From Patescibacteria group bacterium (GTDB taxonomy: Bacteria > Patescibacteriota > Minisyncoccia > UBA6257 > UBA9933), in NCBI GenBank assembly GCA_038065955.1, contig JBBTPY010000008.1, positions 4,697-68,696 on the forward strand: DNA of 64,000 bases. The letters run 5' to 3'. Numbering within the stretch: the first letter of the stretch is position 1; each line of letters opens with the position of its first letter. The notes beneath the pieces were generated by a model that worked only from the letters and a program-made list of their open reading frames with translations, had not been told where the DNA came from and did not search any database. Made by a program: the position numbers and the translations under genes. Of this stretch, positions 18,332 through 27,350 are shown piece after piece.

Positions 18332-19693
18332 TTATTGATTTTCATAAATTAATTCTTTAATCATTGTAATTTTTTGGTTTAAACTGTGATTTTTATTGGT
18401 TTCTTTTAAAATTTTTTCATAAGAATGAATGGCGGTGGTGTGGTCTCTTTTCCCTATGATTTCCCCAATATCCGGATAAGACATCCCCAAGATTTCCCTT
18501 AATAAATATACAGTCACATGGCGTGGCTCAATTATTTTTTTTCTTCGCGACTTGCTGATAATGTCGTTTAAAAGCACTTCATAAAAACTCGCCACCGCCT
18601 TGATTATTTTATCCGGACTCGCTTTTTTCGCCGGTTGTTGAATAATATTATTAATCATTTCTTCAACCATTTTTAATGAAAAATCATTTCCTTTCACCTC
18701 TATATTAAAAAGAACCCTGTTTAATATACCTTCAATTTCTCTGATATTTCTTTGAGTTTTTAAAGCGATTAATTCGCAAATATTGTCGGGCAAATCGGTT
18801 TTTAATTCCTGGAGTTTTATTTTTATAATTGCCATTCTGGTTTCAAAATCAGGATAAGTGATATCCGCCACCATCCCTCCTTCAAAACGCGAGCGCAATC
18901 GTTCCTGCAGTGTCGGGATAGCGGCCGGCGGCCGGTCGGAAGAAATTATAATCTGCTTATTATTTTCATATAAAACGTTAAAGGTATGGAAAAATTCTTC
19001 TTCGCTCGCTTGTTTCCCGCCGATAAATTGGATATCGTCAATAATTAAAACGTCAATATTGCGATATTTATTTTTCATATCTTCAGTTCTTTTATTACGG
19101 ATGGCGTTAATCACTTCGTTGACGAATTTTTCCGAATGGACGTATTTTATTTTTACCTTGTTTTTATAAACCTTTTTAATTTCATTGCCGATAGCCTGAA
19201 TGAGATGGGTTTTCCCTAAACCCGTGCCGCCGTAGACAAAAAAAGGATTATATTTTTTCCCGACATTTTTAATAATTGCCAGACTGGCCGCGTAAGCCAA
19301 TTCATTTGAGGAACCGATTATAAAAGAATCAAAAGAGTAGCGCGGGTGAAGTCCGGATTCCTGATCAATTTTAAATTCCGGGAAAACCATCTGGCCGATG
19401 GTCGTTTCCGGTTCCGGCAGTTTATTTTTAAAAGACAAAATTTGCCCGTCAACGACCACATATTCGATTTTTTTAACGGAATCATCGTGGGTTTTCAGGA
19501 TTTCAAAAATTATTTTATGGTATTTATTTTCAACCCATTCTTTGGCAAAAACATTGGCCAATCCGATTCGCACTTCGCCGGTTTCTTTTTTTTCCAAAAG
19601 ATAGCTGTTTTTCAGCCAAGTTAAAAAATTAGGCCGGGAAATTTGAAGTTCAATTTCCGACAAGGTTGTCCGCCAAAGCTGCTCAAGATTCAT
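18332..19693 (-). CDS. dnaA: Chromosomal replication initiator
   Basis: YNPFFVYGGTGLGKTHL, DDIQF, RLRSRF, RDHTTAIHS. Confidence 0.98.
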   Translation of the reverse strand: MNLEQLWRTTLSEIELQISRPNFLTWLKNSYLLEKKETGEVRIGLANVFAKEWVENKYHKIIFEILKTHDDSVKKIEYVVVDGQILSFKNKLPEPETTIGQMVFPEFKIDQESGLHPRYSFDSFIIGSSNELAYAASLAIIKNVGKKYNPFFVYGGTGLGKTHLIQAIGNEIKKVYKNKVKIKYVHSEKFVNEVINAIRNKRTEDMKNKYRNIDVLIIDDIQFIGGKQASEEEFFHTFNVLYENNKQIIISSDRPPAAIPTLQERLRSRFEGGMVADITYPDFETRMAIIKIKLQELKTDLPDNICELIALKTQRNIREIEGILNRVLFNIEVKGNDFSLKMVEEMINNIIQQPAKKASPDKIIKAVASFYEVLLNDIISKSRRKKIIEPRHVTVYLLREILGMSYPDIGEIIGKRDHTTAIHSYEKILKETNKNHSLNQKITMIKELIYENQ

Positions 19694-19757
19694 AATAAAA
19701 TCTTATTTTAATTAATTTTTAAGTCAAATGCCGAAAGTTTTAAAATTGGGGATTATT

Positions 19758-19766
19758 TGTGGATAA
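19758..19766 (-). promoter_or_regulatory. DnaA box upstream of dnaA
   Basis: TGTGGATAA in the dnaA/pilB divergent region. Confidence 0.7.
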
Positions 19767-19801
19767 CTGCGAATATATGATATATGATATAATTAAAAAC
19801 A

Positions 19802-21526
19802 ATGATAACCCCGAAATTTATTAAAGATAAATTAATGAAAATTCGGCGTGAAGCCGAGGAAAGAGAAGCGAAGAAAAGGGCGGATAACAACAAACTTCTT
19901 TATTTAAATCTTGCGGCCGCGCCGATTAATATTGAAGCGCTGGCTTTAATCGCCGAAGAAACGGCTAAAGAATTAAAAGCCGCGGCGATAGAAATTAAAG
20001 AAAATAAGCTGGCTTTGGCGGTTTTTGACGCCCAGCTTCCGGCAATTAAAGAATTAATTAAGGGATTAGAAGTAAAAAAATATAAATTATCAATTTTTAT
20101 CGTTTCTTTAAGCAGTCTTAATTACGCCTGGAGTTTTTATAAATTTATTTCAAAAAAACAAAATCAGATCACCGGGAAAATTGAAATTGCTCAAAATAAT
20201 TTTTTGGGATTAAAAAACGGCGCAGTTTCTTTAAATGAATTGAAAAAATCGTTTGGAGCGATGCCTATGAAGGCCGCCAATGTCGCTTCGATTTTGGAAT
20301 TTATTTTTTTCGGCGCTTTGAATAATCGCGCTTCGGATATTCATTTTGAGCCGTCCGAGTCGGTCGTTAAACTTCGGCTGAGAATTGACGGGAATTTACA
20401 CGACATATTTTCCGAGTTTAAAAAAGATTTTTATCTTTATTTGGTCTCCAGAATAAAATTGCTTTCCAATTTAAAAATTAATATCCGGGACGAAGCGCAG
20501 GACGGCCGCTTTACCATAAAATTTCCCAATAAAGAAGTTGAAGTAAGGGTGGCGATAGCGCCTTCGGAATATGGCGAAGTGATTGTAATGCGGCTTTTAG
20601 ACCCGGACGCCATTAATCTTTCTTTGGCGGACATGGGAGCGAGAGAAGACGATTTGGAAATCATTAAAACCGAATTGCGAAGGCCGAACGGCATGATTTT
20701 AAATGCCGGGCCGACCGGTTCCGGAAAAACGACTACGCTTTACGCCTTTTTAAATTATAAAAAAAATTCGGAAATAAAAACAATTACCATTGAAGACCCG
20801 ATTGAATATCATCTTGAAGGCATTGAGCAAACTCAAGTTGACGAAGAATCGGGGTATACTTTCGCCAATGGATTGCGTTCGTTGATGCGCCAGGACCCGG
20901 ACGTAATTTTAGTCGGTGAAATCAGAGATAAAGAGACTGGAGAAATCGGCATTCAAGCAGCTTTAACCGGGCATTTGGTTTTATCAACCATTCACGCCAA
21001 CAGCGCTGCCGGCGCCATTCCCCGGCTTTTGGATTTAGGCGTCAAGCCGTCAAGTATCGGTTCGGCGTTGAATTTAATAATTGCCCAGAGACTTGTCCGC
21101 CGCCTTTGCCAAGACTGCAAAGCGTCTCAAGAAATTAATGAGGAATTTAAAAATAAAATTAAAAAATTTTTAACCAATCTTCCGAAAAGAGTCAATAAAA
21201 ATAATTATAAAGAAATTAAAATTTTTAAACCGGTCGGATGCGATAAATGCAACGGCACCGGTTATAAAGGCAGAATCGCCATTTATGAACTTTTATTGAA
21301 CGACCCGGAATACGAAAAATTATTAGTTGACCCGGAGCATATGATTTTATCATCGCACAAAGAGCTGGAAGAATTAATAATTCAACAAGTAGGAGAATCG
21401 GCCATTAAAAAATTCGCTCTTGAACAAGAAATGACAACGATGAAACAAGATGGAATTTTAAAAATAATTTCCGGGATAACCACAATGGAGGAAGTGGAAG
21501 GAGTGACCGGGCCGATAGAATTATAA
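19802..21526 (+). CDS. GspE/PilB family assembly ATPase (second copy)
   Basis: ASDIHFEP, GPTGSGKTT, EDPIE, RQDPD, CxxC...CxxC. Confidence 0.93.
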   Translation: MITPKFIKDKLMKIRREAEEREAKKRADNNKLLYLNLAAAPINIEALALIAEETAKELKAAAIEIKENKLALAVFDAQLPAIKELIKGLEVKKYKLSIFIVSLSSLNYAWSFYKFISKKQNQITGKIEIAQNNFLGLKNGAVSLNELKKSFGAMPMKAANVASILEFIFFGALNNRASDIHFEPSESVVKLRLRIDGNLHDIFSEFKKDFYLYLVSRIKLLSNLKINIRDEAQDGRFTIKFPNKEVEVRVAIAPSEYGEVIVMRLLDPDAINLSLADMGAREDDLEIIKTELRRPNGMILNAGPTGSGKTTTLYAFLNYKKNSEIKTITIEDPIEYHLEGIEQTQVDEESGYTFANGLRSLMRQDPDVILVGEIRDKETGEIGIQAALTGHLVLSTIHANSAAGAIPRLLDLGVKPSSIGSALNLIIAQRLVRRLCQDCKASQEINEEFKNKIKKFLTNLPKRVNKNNYKEIKIFKPVGCDKCNGTGYKGRIAIYELLLNDPEYEKLLVDPEHMILSSHKELEELIIQQVGESAIKKFALEQEMTTMKQDGILKIISGITTMEEVEGVTGPIEL

Positions 21527-21529
21527 AAT

Positions 21530-21673
21530 AAACAAAAACCGCCTAATTCTGTGGGCACATTCTTTTACTCTTAAAAAATAAGAGGTTTAGAATTATTCTG
21601 AGGATAAGCTCAGCCGAAACCAAGCCGTCCGAAGCTGAAAATAATTCCTGGTTGCCCACAGGATTAGACAGTC
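21530..21673 (-). ncRNA. Candidate ~145-nt structured non-coding RNA
   Basis: 21-bp closing stem (21537-21557 with 21653-21673) whose G-U pairs favour the minus strand; internal hairpins; U-rich 3' end; own promoter. Confidence 0.6.
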
Positions 21674-21679
21674 TTTCTT

Positions 21680-21708
21680 TATATAGCACACTTTTAATTA
21701 AATGTCAA
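21680..21708 (-). promoter_or_regulatory. Sigma70 promoter for the candidate ncRNA
   Basis: Minus strand TTGACA-17bp-TATATA with extended TG; predicted TSS ~21673 at the stem start. Confidence 0.65.
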
Positions 21709-22712
21709 TAGAAAAGAAGTTATTAAAAATAAATAAAGAAGATAAGCATTTGGATGCCGTTTTAAGGCCTATTTCCTGGGATGATTACGTTGGCCAAGGA
21801 AAAATCAAAAAAGGACTGCGGATGATTTTAGGCGCCGCTAGAAAAAGAAACGAATCAAGCGACCATTTGTTATTTTGCGGCCAGCCCGGTCTGGGGAAAA
21901 CCACGTTGGCTTATTTAACCGCCAAAGAAATGGGCGGCGGCCTAAAAACTCTTTCCGCTCCAAGCGTGGAGCGAATAGGAGATTTGGCGGCCGCTCTTTC
22001 AAATTTGGAAAATCGCGACATTCTTTTTATTGACGAAGCGCACCGGTTGAAATCTCATCTTGAAGAAGCTCTTTATTCAGCGATTGACGCCGGTAAAATT
22101 TATATACCGATAGGTAAGGGGCCGTCAAGCAGGGTTATTTCTTTGGATTTGCCGTCTTTCACTTTAATCGCCGCCACTACCAGGATTAATTTAATTTCTC
22201 CGCCCTTGCGTTCCCGGTTTGGAGCGATTTTCCGGCTGGATTATTATGAAATTGACGATATTTCTGCAATTATCCGGCGTTCGGCTGAAATTCTCGGGAT
22301 TAAAATAACGCCGGCCGCGGTTTTATTGATAGCCAAAGCTTCTCATTTTACTCCGCGCATGGCCAATCGCTTATTGAAGCGCTCCAGAGATTTTGTTGAA
22401 ATGAATAATTTAAAAATAGTGGACGAAAAAACGGTTTTGGAAACTTTTGATATTTTAGAGATTGACGAAGTTGGGTTGGAATCGCACGACCGCCGTTTGA
22501 TGGAAATTATTATTAAAAAATTCCGCGGCGGACCGGTCGGCATTAGCGCTCTTTCTTCAACGCTGGGTGAAGAAAAAGACGCGATAGAAGAAATTTACGA
22601 GCCATATTTGGTAAAAATAGGTTTTCTTCATAGAACGCCGAAGGGAAGAATGGCCTCCAAAGAAGCGAAAGAGTGGCTGGAAAATAAAAAAAATGGAATT
22701 CAAAATTCTTAA
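21702..22712 (+). CDS. ruvB: Holliday junction branch migration helicase
   Basis: LRP.SWDDYVGQ, GQPGLGKTT, FIDEAHR, EPYL, RTPKGR. Confidence 0.96.
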   Translation: MSIEKKLLKINKEDKHLDAVLRPISWDDYVGQGKIKKGLRMILGAARKRNESSDHLLFCGQPGLGKTTLAYLTAKEMGGGLKTLSAPSVERIGDLAAALSNLENRDILFIDEAHRLKSHLEEALYSAIDAGKIYIPIGKGPSSRVISLDLPSFTLIAATTRINLISPPLRSRFGAIFRLDYYEIDDISAIIRRSAEILGIKITPAAVLLIAKASHFTPRMANRLLKRSRDFVEMNNLKIVDEKTVLETFDILEIDEVGLESHDRRLMEIIIKKFRGGPVGISALSSTLGEEKDAIEEIYEPYLVKIGFLHRTPKGRMASKEAKEWLENKKNGIQNS

Positions 22713-23841
22713 AAAATCAAAAATCAGCCGGGCGCGGCTGGGGATTTTGAAAACTTCATCCGGCGAAATTGAAACGCCGGCTTTCGTTCCCGTGGCAACT
22801 CAAGCAGTGGTAAAAACTCTTACCAGCGAAGAAGCGGAGGCGGCCAAATGCCGAATTTTGATTGCCAATACCTTTCATCTTCATCTGAAACCTGGCGAAA
22901 AAATCGTCAAAAACAGCGGTGGCTTGCATAAATTTATGAATTGGCCGAGACCGTTAATGACCGATTCCGGCGGTTTTCAGGTTTTTAGTTTGGGATTCGG
23001 CAGAGATTTTGGGGTCGGGAAAATTATAAAGAATAATGCGGATAATGCCGATAGAAAAACAGTCGGCGTCGGCCAACAGCCGAAACAGTTAAAAATTACC
23101 GAAGATGGCGTAATTTTCAGGTCGCCGATTGACGGGAAAGAATTATTTTTAGGGCCGAAAGAATCAATCGGGATTCAGGAAAATTTAGGCGCGGATATTA
23201 TTTTCGCTTTTGACGAATGTCCGCCGCCGAACGCAGATTACGAATACAATAAATTGGCGATGAGACGGACGCATCGCTGGGCGGTTCAATCGCTCAAAGC
23301 TAAAAAATTAAAAACTCAAAGTTTATTCGGCATTGTTCAGGGCGGTAAATTTAAAGACTTGAGAATTGAAAGTGCGAAATTCATCGGTTCGCAGCCATTT
23401 GACGGTTTCGGCATCGGCGGCGAATTCGGCGACAATAAAAAAACAATGGAGAAAATGGTTGGTTGGATTATTGAAAATCTCCCGGGAGGCAAGCCCCGCC
23501 ATTTACTCGGCATTGGTTATCCGGAGGATATTCCAAAAATCATTAAAGCCGGCATAGACACTTTTGATTGCGTCGCGCCGACTCATTACGCCCGCAGAGG
23601 AATCGCTTTTATCCCGTCGGGAAAATTAGACTTAAATAAATCGTTTTTTTTAAAAGATAAAAATCCTTTAGATAAAAAATGCGGCTGTTTCGTTTGTCAG
23701 AACTATCGCCGCAATTATATTTCCCATCTTTTGCGCGCCAAAGAAATCACGGCGTTAAAACTTTTAACCTTCCACAATCTTTATTTTTTTAATTCACTGG
23801 TTGAAAAAATCAGAAAACAAATGAAAAAGGGGGAAATTTAA
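22693..23841 (+). CDS. tgt: tRNA-guanine transglycosylase
   Basis: TDSGGFQVFSL, GIVQGG, DTFDC, CGCFVC...HN. Confidence 0.95.
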   Translation: MEFKILKKSKISRARLGILKTSSGEIETPAFVPVATQAVVKTLTSEEAEAAKCRILIANTFHLHLKPGEKIVKNSGGLHKFMNWPRPLMTDSGGFQVFSLGFGRDFGVGKIIKNNADNADRKTVGVGQQPKQLKITEDGVIFRSPIDGKELFLGPKESIGIQENLGADIIFAFDECPPPNADYEYNKLAMRRTHRWAVQSLKAKKLKTQSLFGIVQGGKFKDLRIESAKFIGSQPFDGFGIGGEFGDNKKTMEKMVGWIIENLPGGKPRHLLGIGYPEDIPKIIKAGIDTFDCVAPTHYARRGIAFIPSGKLDLNKSFFLKDKNPLDKKCGCFVCQNYRRNYISHLLRAKEITALKLLTFHNLYFFNSLVEKIRKQMKKGEI

Positions 23842-23876
23842 ATAGTGTCTGAAAATAAACAGGCTTTTTAGAACTG

Positions 23877-23957
23877 TTTTACAGGAGAACATTTAATGAT
23901 TTAATGTTTCAGCCAATTTCGGTTATTTCAACGATCGTTGAAATAACCGAAATTGAT
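23877..23957 (+). repeat. ~75-bp direct repeat copy 1 with perfect 42-bp palindrome (family 2, 23914-23955)
   Basis: TTTTACAGGAGAA...TTAATGTTTCAGC-CAATTTCGGTTATTTCAACGA|TCGTTGAAATAACCGAAATTG-AT; second copy at 47702. Confidence 0.95.
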
Positions 23958-24009
23958 ATGATATAATTAGTTATTTCTTATATCGTTCCATTAGTCATTT
24001 TTTGCCTCT

Positions 24010-24095
24010 TTTGCCTCGCTCCAGCGGCTCGGCAGAACTTGACTCTCGTCCCCATACCAAACGAAGTTATGGTGTGGGGACGAGGCGGCAGAGTG
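24010..24095. repeat. GC-rich hairpin element
   Basis: CTCGTCCCCATACCA-10nt-TGGTGTGGGGACGAG (24045-24084); resembles the 5773 hairpin. Confidence 0.6.
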
Positions 24096-24099
24096 AAAT

Positions 24100-24816
24100 T
24101 TAAGCTTTAGCAAGAACTAAGGCGATGATTCTTTTGGCGCCGGCTTCTTTAAGGATTTTCACCGCTTCGTTCATTGTGGCGCCGGAAGTGAAGACATCGT
24201 CCATTAAAATAATATTTTTATTTTTAACCAGCTCCGGGTTCGTTATTTCAAAACATCCTTCAATGTTTTTTATTCTTTCTTCGCCGTTTTTGATTTGAGC
24301 CTGGGGTTTGATATTTTTTATTTTTTTTAAGGCAGCGGCAAGCTCTATATTTAATTTTTGGCCGACAAATTCGGCTAAAAGTTTTGCCTGATTAAAACCG
24401 CGCTTTCTTTCCTTGTTGGGATAAAGAGGAATGGGGACGATAATAAAGTTTAAAAGTTTTAAGTTTAAAAGTTTTAAGTAATTCAAAAGTATTTTTCCTA
24501 AGAGCGGGGTTAAGTTTTTAAAATTTTTATATTTATAATAATGAATCAAGTTTTTTAAGACGGGGTCGTCGTAAGAGCCGGCGGCCAAAAGAAGATAAGA
24601 AAATCGCTGTCGGCCGTGTCGGCAGATTTTGTTTTCCGCCAAGCGTTTGCGGCAAACCGGGCAAAACGGCGCGCTGTTTAATTTAATCGCGCCGAAGCAA
24701 TCGCCGCAGAGAAATTTATTACCAGAAACATTCAAATATTTCTGGCAATGAAGACAAAACGGCGGAAAGAAAATATCTAACAGAATATTTTTCGCTTTGA
24801 TTAAAAAATAAAACAT
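24100..24816 (-). CDS. comF: Competence protein ComF (double zinc ribbon + PRTase)
   Basis: LDIFFPPFCLHC, RGFNQA, LMDDVFTSGAT. Confidence 0.92.
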   Translation of the reverse strand: MFYFLIKAKNILLDIFFPPFCLHCQKYLNVSGNKFLCGDCFGAIKLNSAPFCPVCRKRLAENKICRHGRQRFSYLLLAAGSYDDPVLKNLIHYYKYKNFKNLTPLLGKILLNYLKLLNLKLLNFIIVPIPLYPNKERKRGFNQAKLLAEFVGQKLNIELAAALKKIKNIKPQAQIKNGEERIKNIEGCFEITNPELVKNKNIILMDDVFTSGATMNEAVKILKEAGAKRIIALVLAKA

Positions 24817-24835
24817 ATTATAATTATATCAAATT

Positions 24836-25894
24836 ATGACTCGCTTTTTTCCTTCAAGTTCAATTTTGGGCGTTGATATCGGGACTTCTTCCATAAAAAT
24901 CGCCGAAATAGAAAAAGATTCGCCGAAGCCGCGGCTGAAAAATTACGGCGTCTTGGACACTTACGAACATTTAAGCAGGCCCAACAGCGCCATTCAGACA
25001 AACTCTTTAAAAATCGCCGAAAAAGACACGGCCGAATTGCTGAAAAAACTTATTAAAGAAGCGGGATTCGGCGCCAAAGAGGCCGTTGCTTCAATCCCTT
25101 CGTTTTCGGTTTTTACCACTTTATTGGAAATTCCGAAAATGTCCGATATAGATATCAATAAGACGATGTCTTTTCAAGTGCGCCAACATATTCCTTTGCC
25201 GGTTTCAGAAGTTGAAATAGAGTGGCTTAAAGTGGGCGAGCGCGAAGAAGAAACCGGCGCCGTTCAACAGATTTTTATTATTTCTATCCCGAAAGAAATT
25301 ATTAAAAGGTATCAAAATATTTTTGCTTTGGCCGGATTGAATCTCGAGGCGCTGGAATTGGAAAGTTTAAGTCTTATTAGGGCGTTAATAAACAATTCGG
25401 CTTCTCAATTAGTTGTTGATATTGGCGCTCTTTCCACCAATATTTTAATTTCAGACAACGGCTTTTTGAAAGCGAATGTTTTCAGCGATTTTGGCGGCGC
25501 CGCGCTTACTAGAAGCATTGCCAACGGTTTGGGCATTTCTTTTAAGCGCGCCGAAGAATTAAAAAAACAAAAAGGGCTTACGGCTTCCGGCGGCGATTAT
25601 GAGTTATCCACATTGCCGCAAGTTTTTTTGGATGCTATTATTAAAGAAACGGCGAAAGCGAAAGAAAATCATGAAAAGAACGGCGGCCGGAAAATAGAGC
25701 GAATAATTTTGGCTGGCGGCGGAGCGAAACTCGCCGGTATCGCGGAATATTTCGGCGGGCAAATGGGATTGCCGGCGAGTATCGGAAATTCTTTGTCGGC
25801 TGTCGCCTATCGGCCGGAGATTGAATTATTGGTTAAAGATTTGGGGCCGGAATTGGCGGTGGCAATCGGTTTGGGAATTAAAAATTTTATATAG
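24836..25894 (+). CDS. pilM: Type IV pilus assembly protein PilM
   Basis: GVDIGTSSIK, VDIGA, LAGGGA, AIGLG. Confidence 0.92.
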   Translation: MTRFFPSSSILGVDIGTSSIKIAEIEKDSPKPRLKNYGVLDTYEHLSRPNSAIQTNSLKIAEKDTAELLKKLIKEAGFGAKEAVASIPSFSVFTTLLEIPKMSDIDINKTMSFQVRQHIPLPVSEVEIEWLKVGEREEETGAVQQIFIISIPKEIIKRYQNIFALAGLNLEALELESLSLIRALINNSASQLVVDIGALSTNILISDNGFLKANVFSDFGGAALTRSIANGLGISFKRAEELKKQKGLTASGGDYELSTLPQVFLDAIIKETAKAKENHEKNGGRKIERIILAGGGAKLAGIAEYFGGQMGLPASIGNSLSAVAYRPEIELLVKDLGPELAVAIGLGIKNFI

Positions 25895-25923
25895 ACATAT
25901 AAACACATAAATATATAGATATT

Positions 25924-26484
25924 ATGCCTTATCAAGCCGCATTAGAAGAAAAATTTAAAATAAAAGACCGGCTGTTAGTCGTTTGGCCGTGGCGGATTTT
26001 TATTTTTTCTTTAATCGCTTTTATTTTATCAACGGCCGTTTTTCTGGTGACGGCTTTTAGTTTTAAACCTTATTTGAATAATCGCGTCAAAGATTGGAAC
26101 GATAAAATTTCCAATCTTAATCAATCAATTGATGAATCCCAGCAAAAGCAATTGGGCGTCGTTTATTCTCAATTCGTCAATATCAAGAATTTGGCCGACA
26201 ATCACAAGGCGGTTTTCAAAATTTTTGATTTAATTGAAAAAAATACTTATCCGACCGTAAGCTACAGTGGCTTATCGGTGAGCGTTGGCGAGCGAGAAGC
26301 GCGATTTGAAGGCGTGGCGCCGGATTATGAAACTTTGATTAAGGAATTAAAGCTTTTTTCTCAGGCGCCGGAGATAGAGCGGGTTTTTTTGGAAAATTCA
26401 AATTTAACCGACCTTGGTAAAGGAATAAAGGAATTAAAATTTAAAATCAGGTTAATTTTAACCCCGCAATTTTTGAAGTTATAA
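25924..26484 (+). CDS. pilN: PilN-like protein
   Basis: TM + coiled coil + PilN-type C-terminal domain; follows pilM. Confidence 0.65.
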   Translation: MPYQAALEEKFKIKDRLLVVWPWRIFIFSLIAFILSTAVFLVTAFSFKPYLNNRVKDWNDKISNLNQSIDESQQKQLGVVYSQFVNIKNLADNHKAVFKIFDLIEKNTYPTVSYSGLSVSVGEREARFEGVAPDYETLIKELKLFSQAPEIERVFLENSNLTDLGKGIKELKFKIRLILTPQFLKL

Positions 26485-26489
26485 ACTTT

Positions 26490-27047
26490 ATGATAAAAGT
26501 TTCCAGTAAAAGAATTATTATAATAATATTAACCGCTTTATTTTTAATAGGTTCGGTTGTCGTTTATAAATTTTTGACAAAGCCGGCTTACGAAGAAATT
26601 TTAAATTTAAGAGGGAAGATTTCTTCTCTCGAGGAAACGTTTGATTCTTACGAGTCTTTTAAAAAACAGGCGGACAATTTGCTTTCTCAATATCAGGACT
26701 TGACGAACATAGAAAATCAATTTTCGCTGATTTTGCCGTCAAAGCCCGATATTTCATACGCAATCGGTCAAATAAACGGCCTTGCCAGATTGTCCGGTAT
26801 GGAATTACAGTCAATAAATATCAGGCCATTGGCGATAAAGCCGTCTTCCCAGAAAATGGCGAAAGGATTGGGGATTTTAAGACTGGAGCTTCGTTTGGCC
26901 GGCGGCTATGACGGTTTTAAATCTTTTTTGAAAGACGTTGAAAACAATATTATGATTTCCGAACCGATAAATTTCAGAATAGAAAAGCAGGCGCGGCCGG
27001 AATTGTTATACACAATGACGATAGACACATATTATCAAGCGGAGTAA
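26490..27047 (+). CDS. pilO: PilO-like protein
   Basis: TM, coiled coil, ILP, GGYDGFKSFLKDVE. Confidence 0.75.
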   Translation: MIKVSSKRIIIIILTALFLIGSVVVYKFLTKPAYEEILNLRGKISSLEETFDSYESFKKQADNLLSQYQDLTNIENQFSLILPSKPDISYAIGQINGLARLSGMELQSINIRPLAIKPSSQKMAKGLGILRLELRLAGGYDGFKSFLKDVENNIMISEPINFRIEKQARPELLYTMTIDTYYQAE

Positions 27048-27058
27048 AAATTTGAATT

Positions 27059-27343
27059 ATGGCTATTATTTTTGAAGAAGAAAAAAAGAAAATAAATTGG
27101 TTTGCCATTGGAATTATTCTGGCAATTTTGGCGGTGTTGGCCGCGGCGGTTTATTATTTGTTTATCGTTAATCCGGCTTCGGTTGAGGTAATAGTTCCGG
27201 CTGGATTAAAAAATCTTAAAGAAACGGTTCAAATAAAATTTGACCCGCAGGAGATTTTTGAAAATCCGGTTGTTAAAAATCTGCAGAAATACGAGCCGTC
27301 AATAACGCCAGAGCAGGCTTTTAATCCGAACCCGTTTAGATAA
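27059..27343 (+). CDS. Small single-TM pilus protein (PilP-like position)
   Basis: Ends in NPNPF; lies between pilO and pilB. Confidence 0.5.
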   Translation: MAIIFEEEKKKINWFAIGIILAILAVLAAAVYYLFIVNPASVEVIVPAGLKNLKETVQIKFDPQEIFENPVVKNLQKYEPSITPEQAFNPNPFR

Positions 27344-27350
27344 TAGGTAA

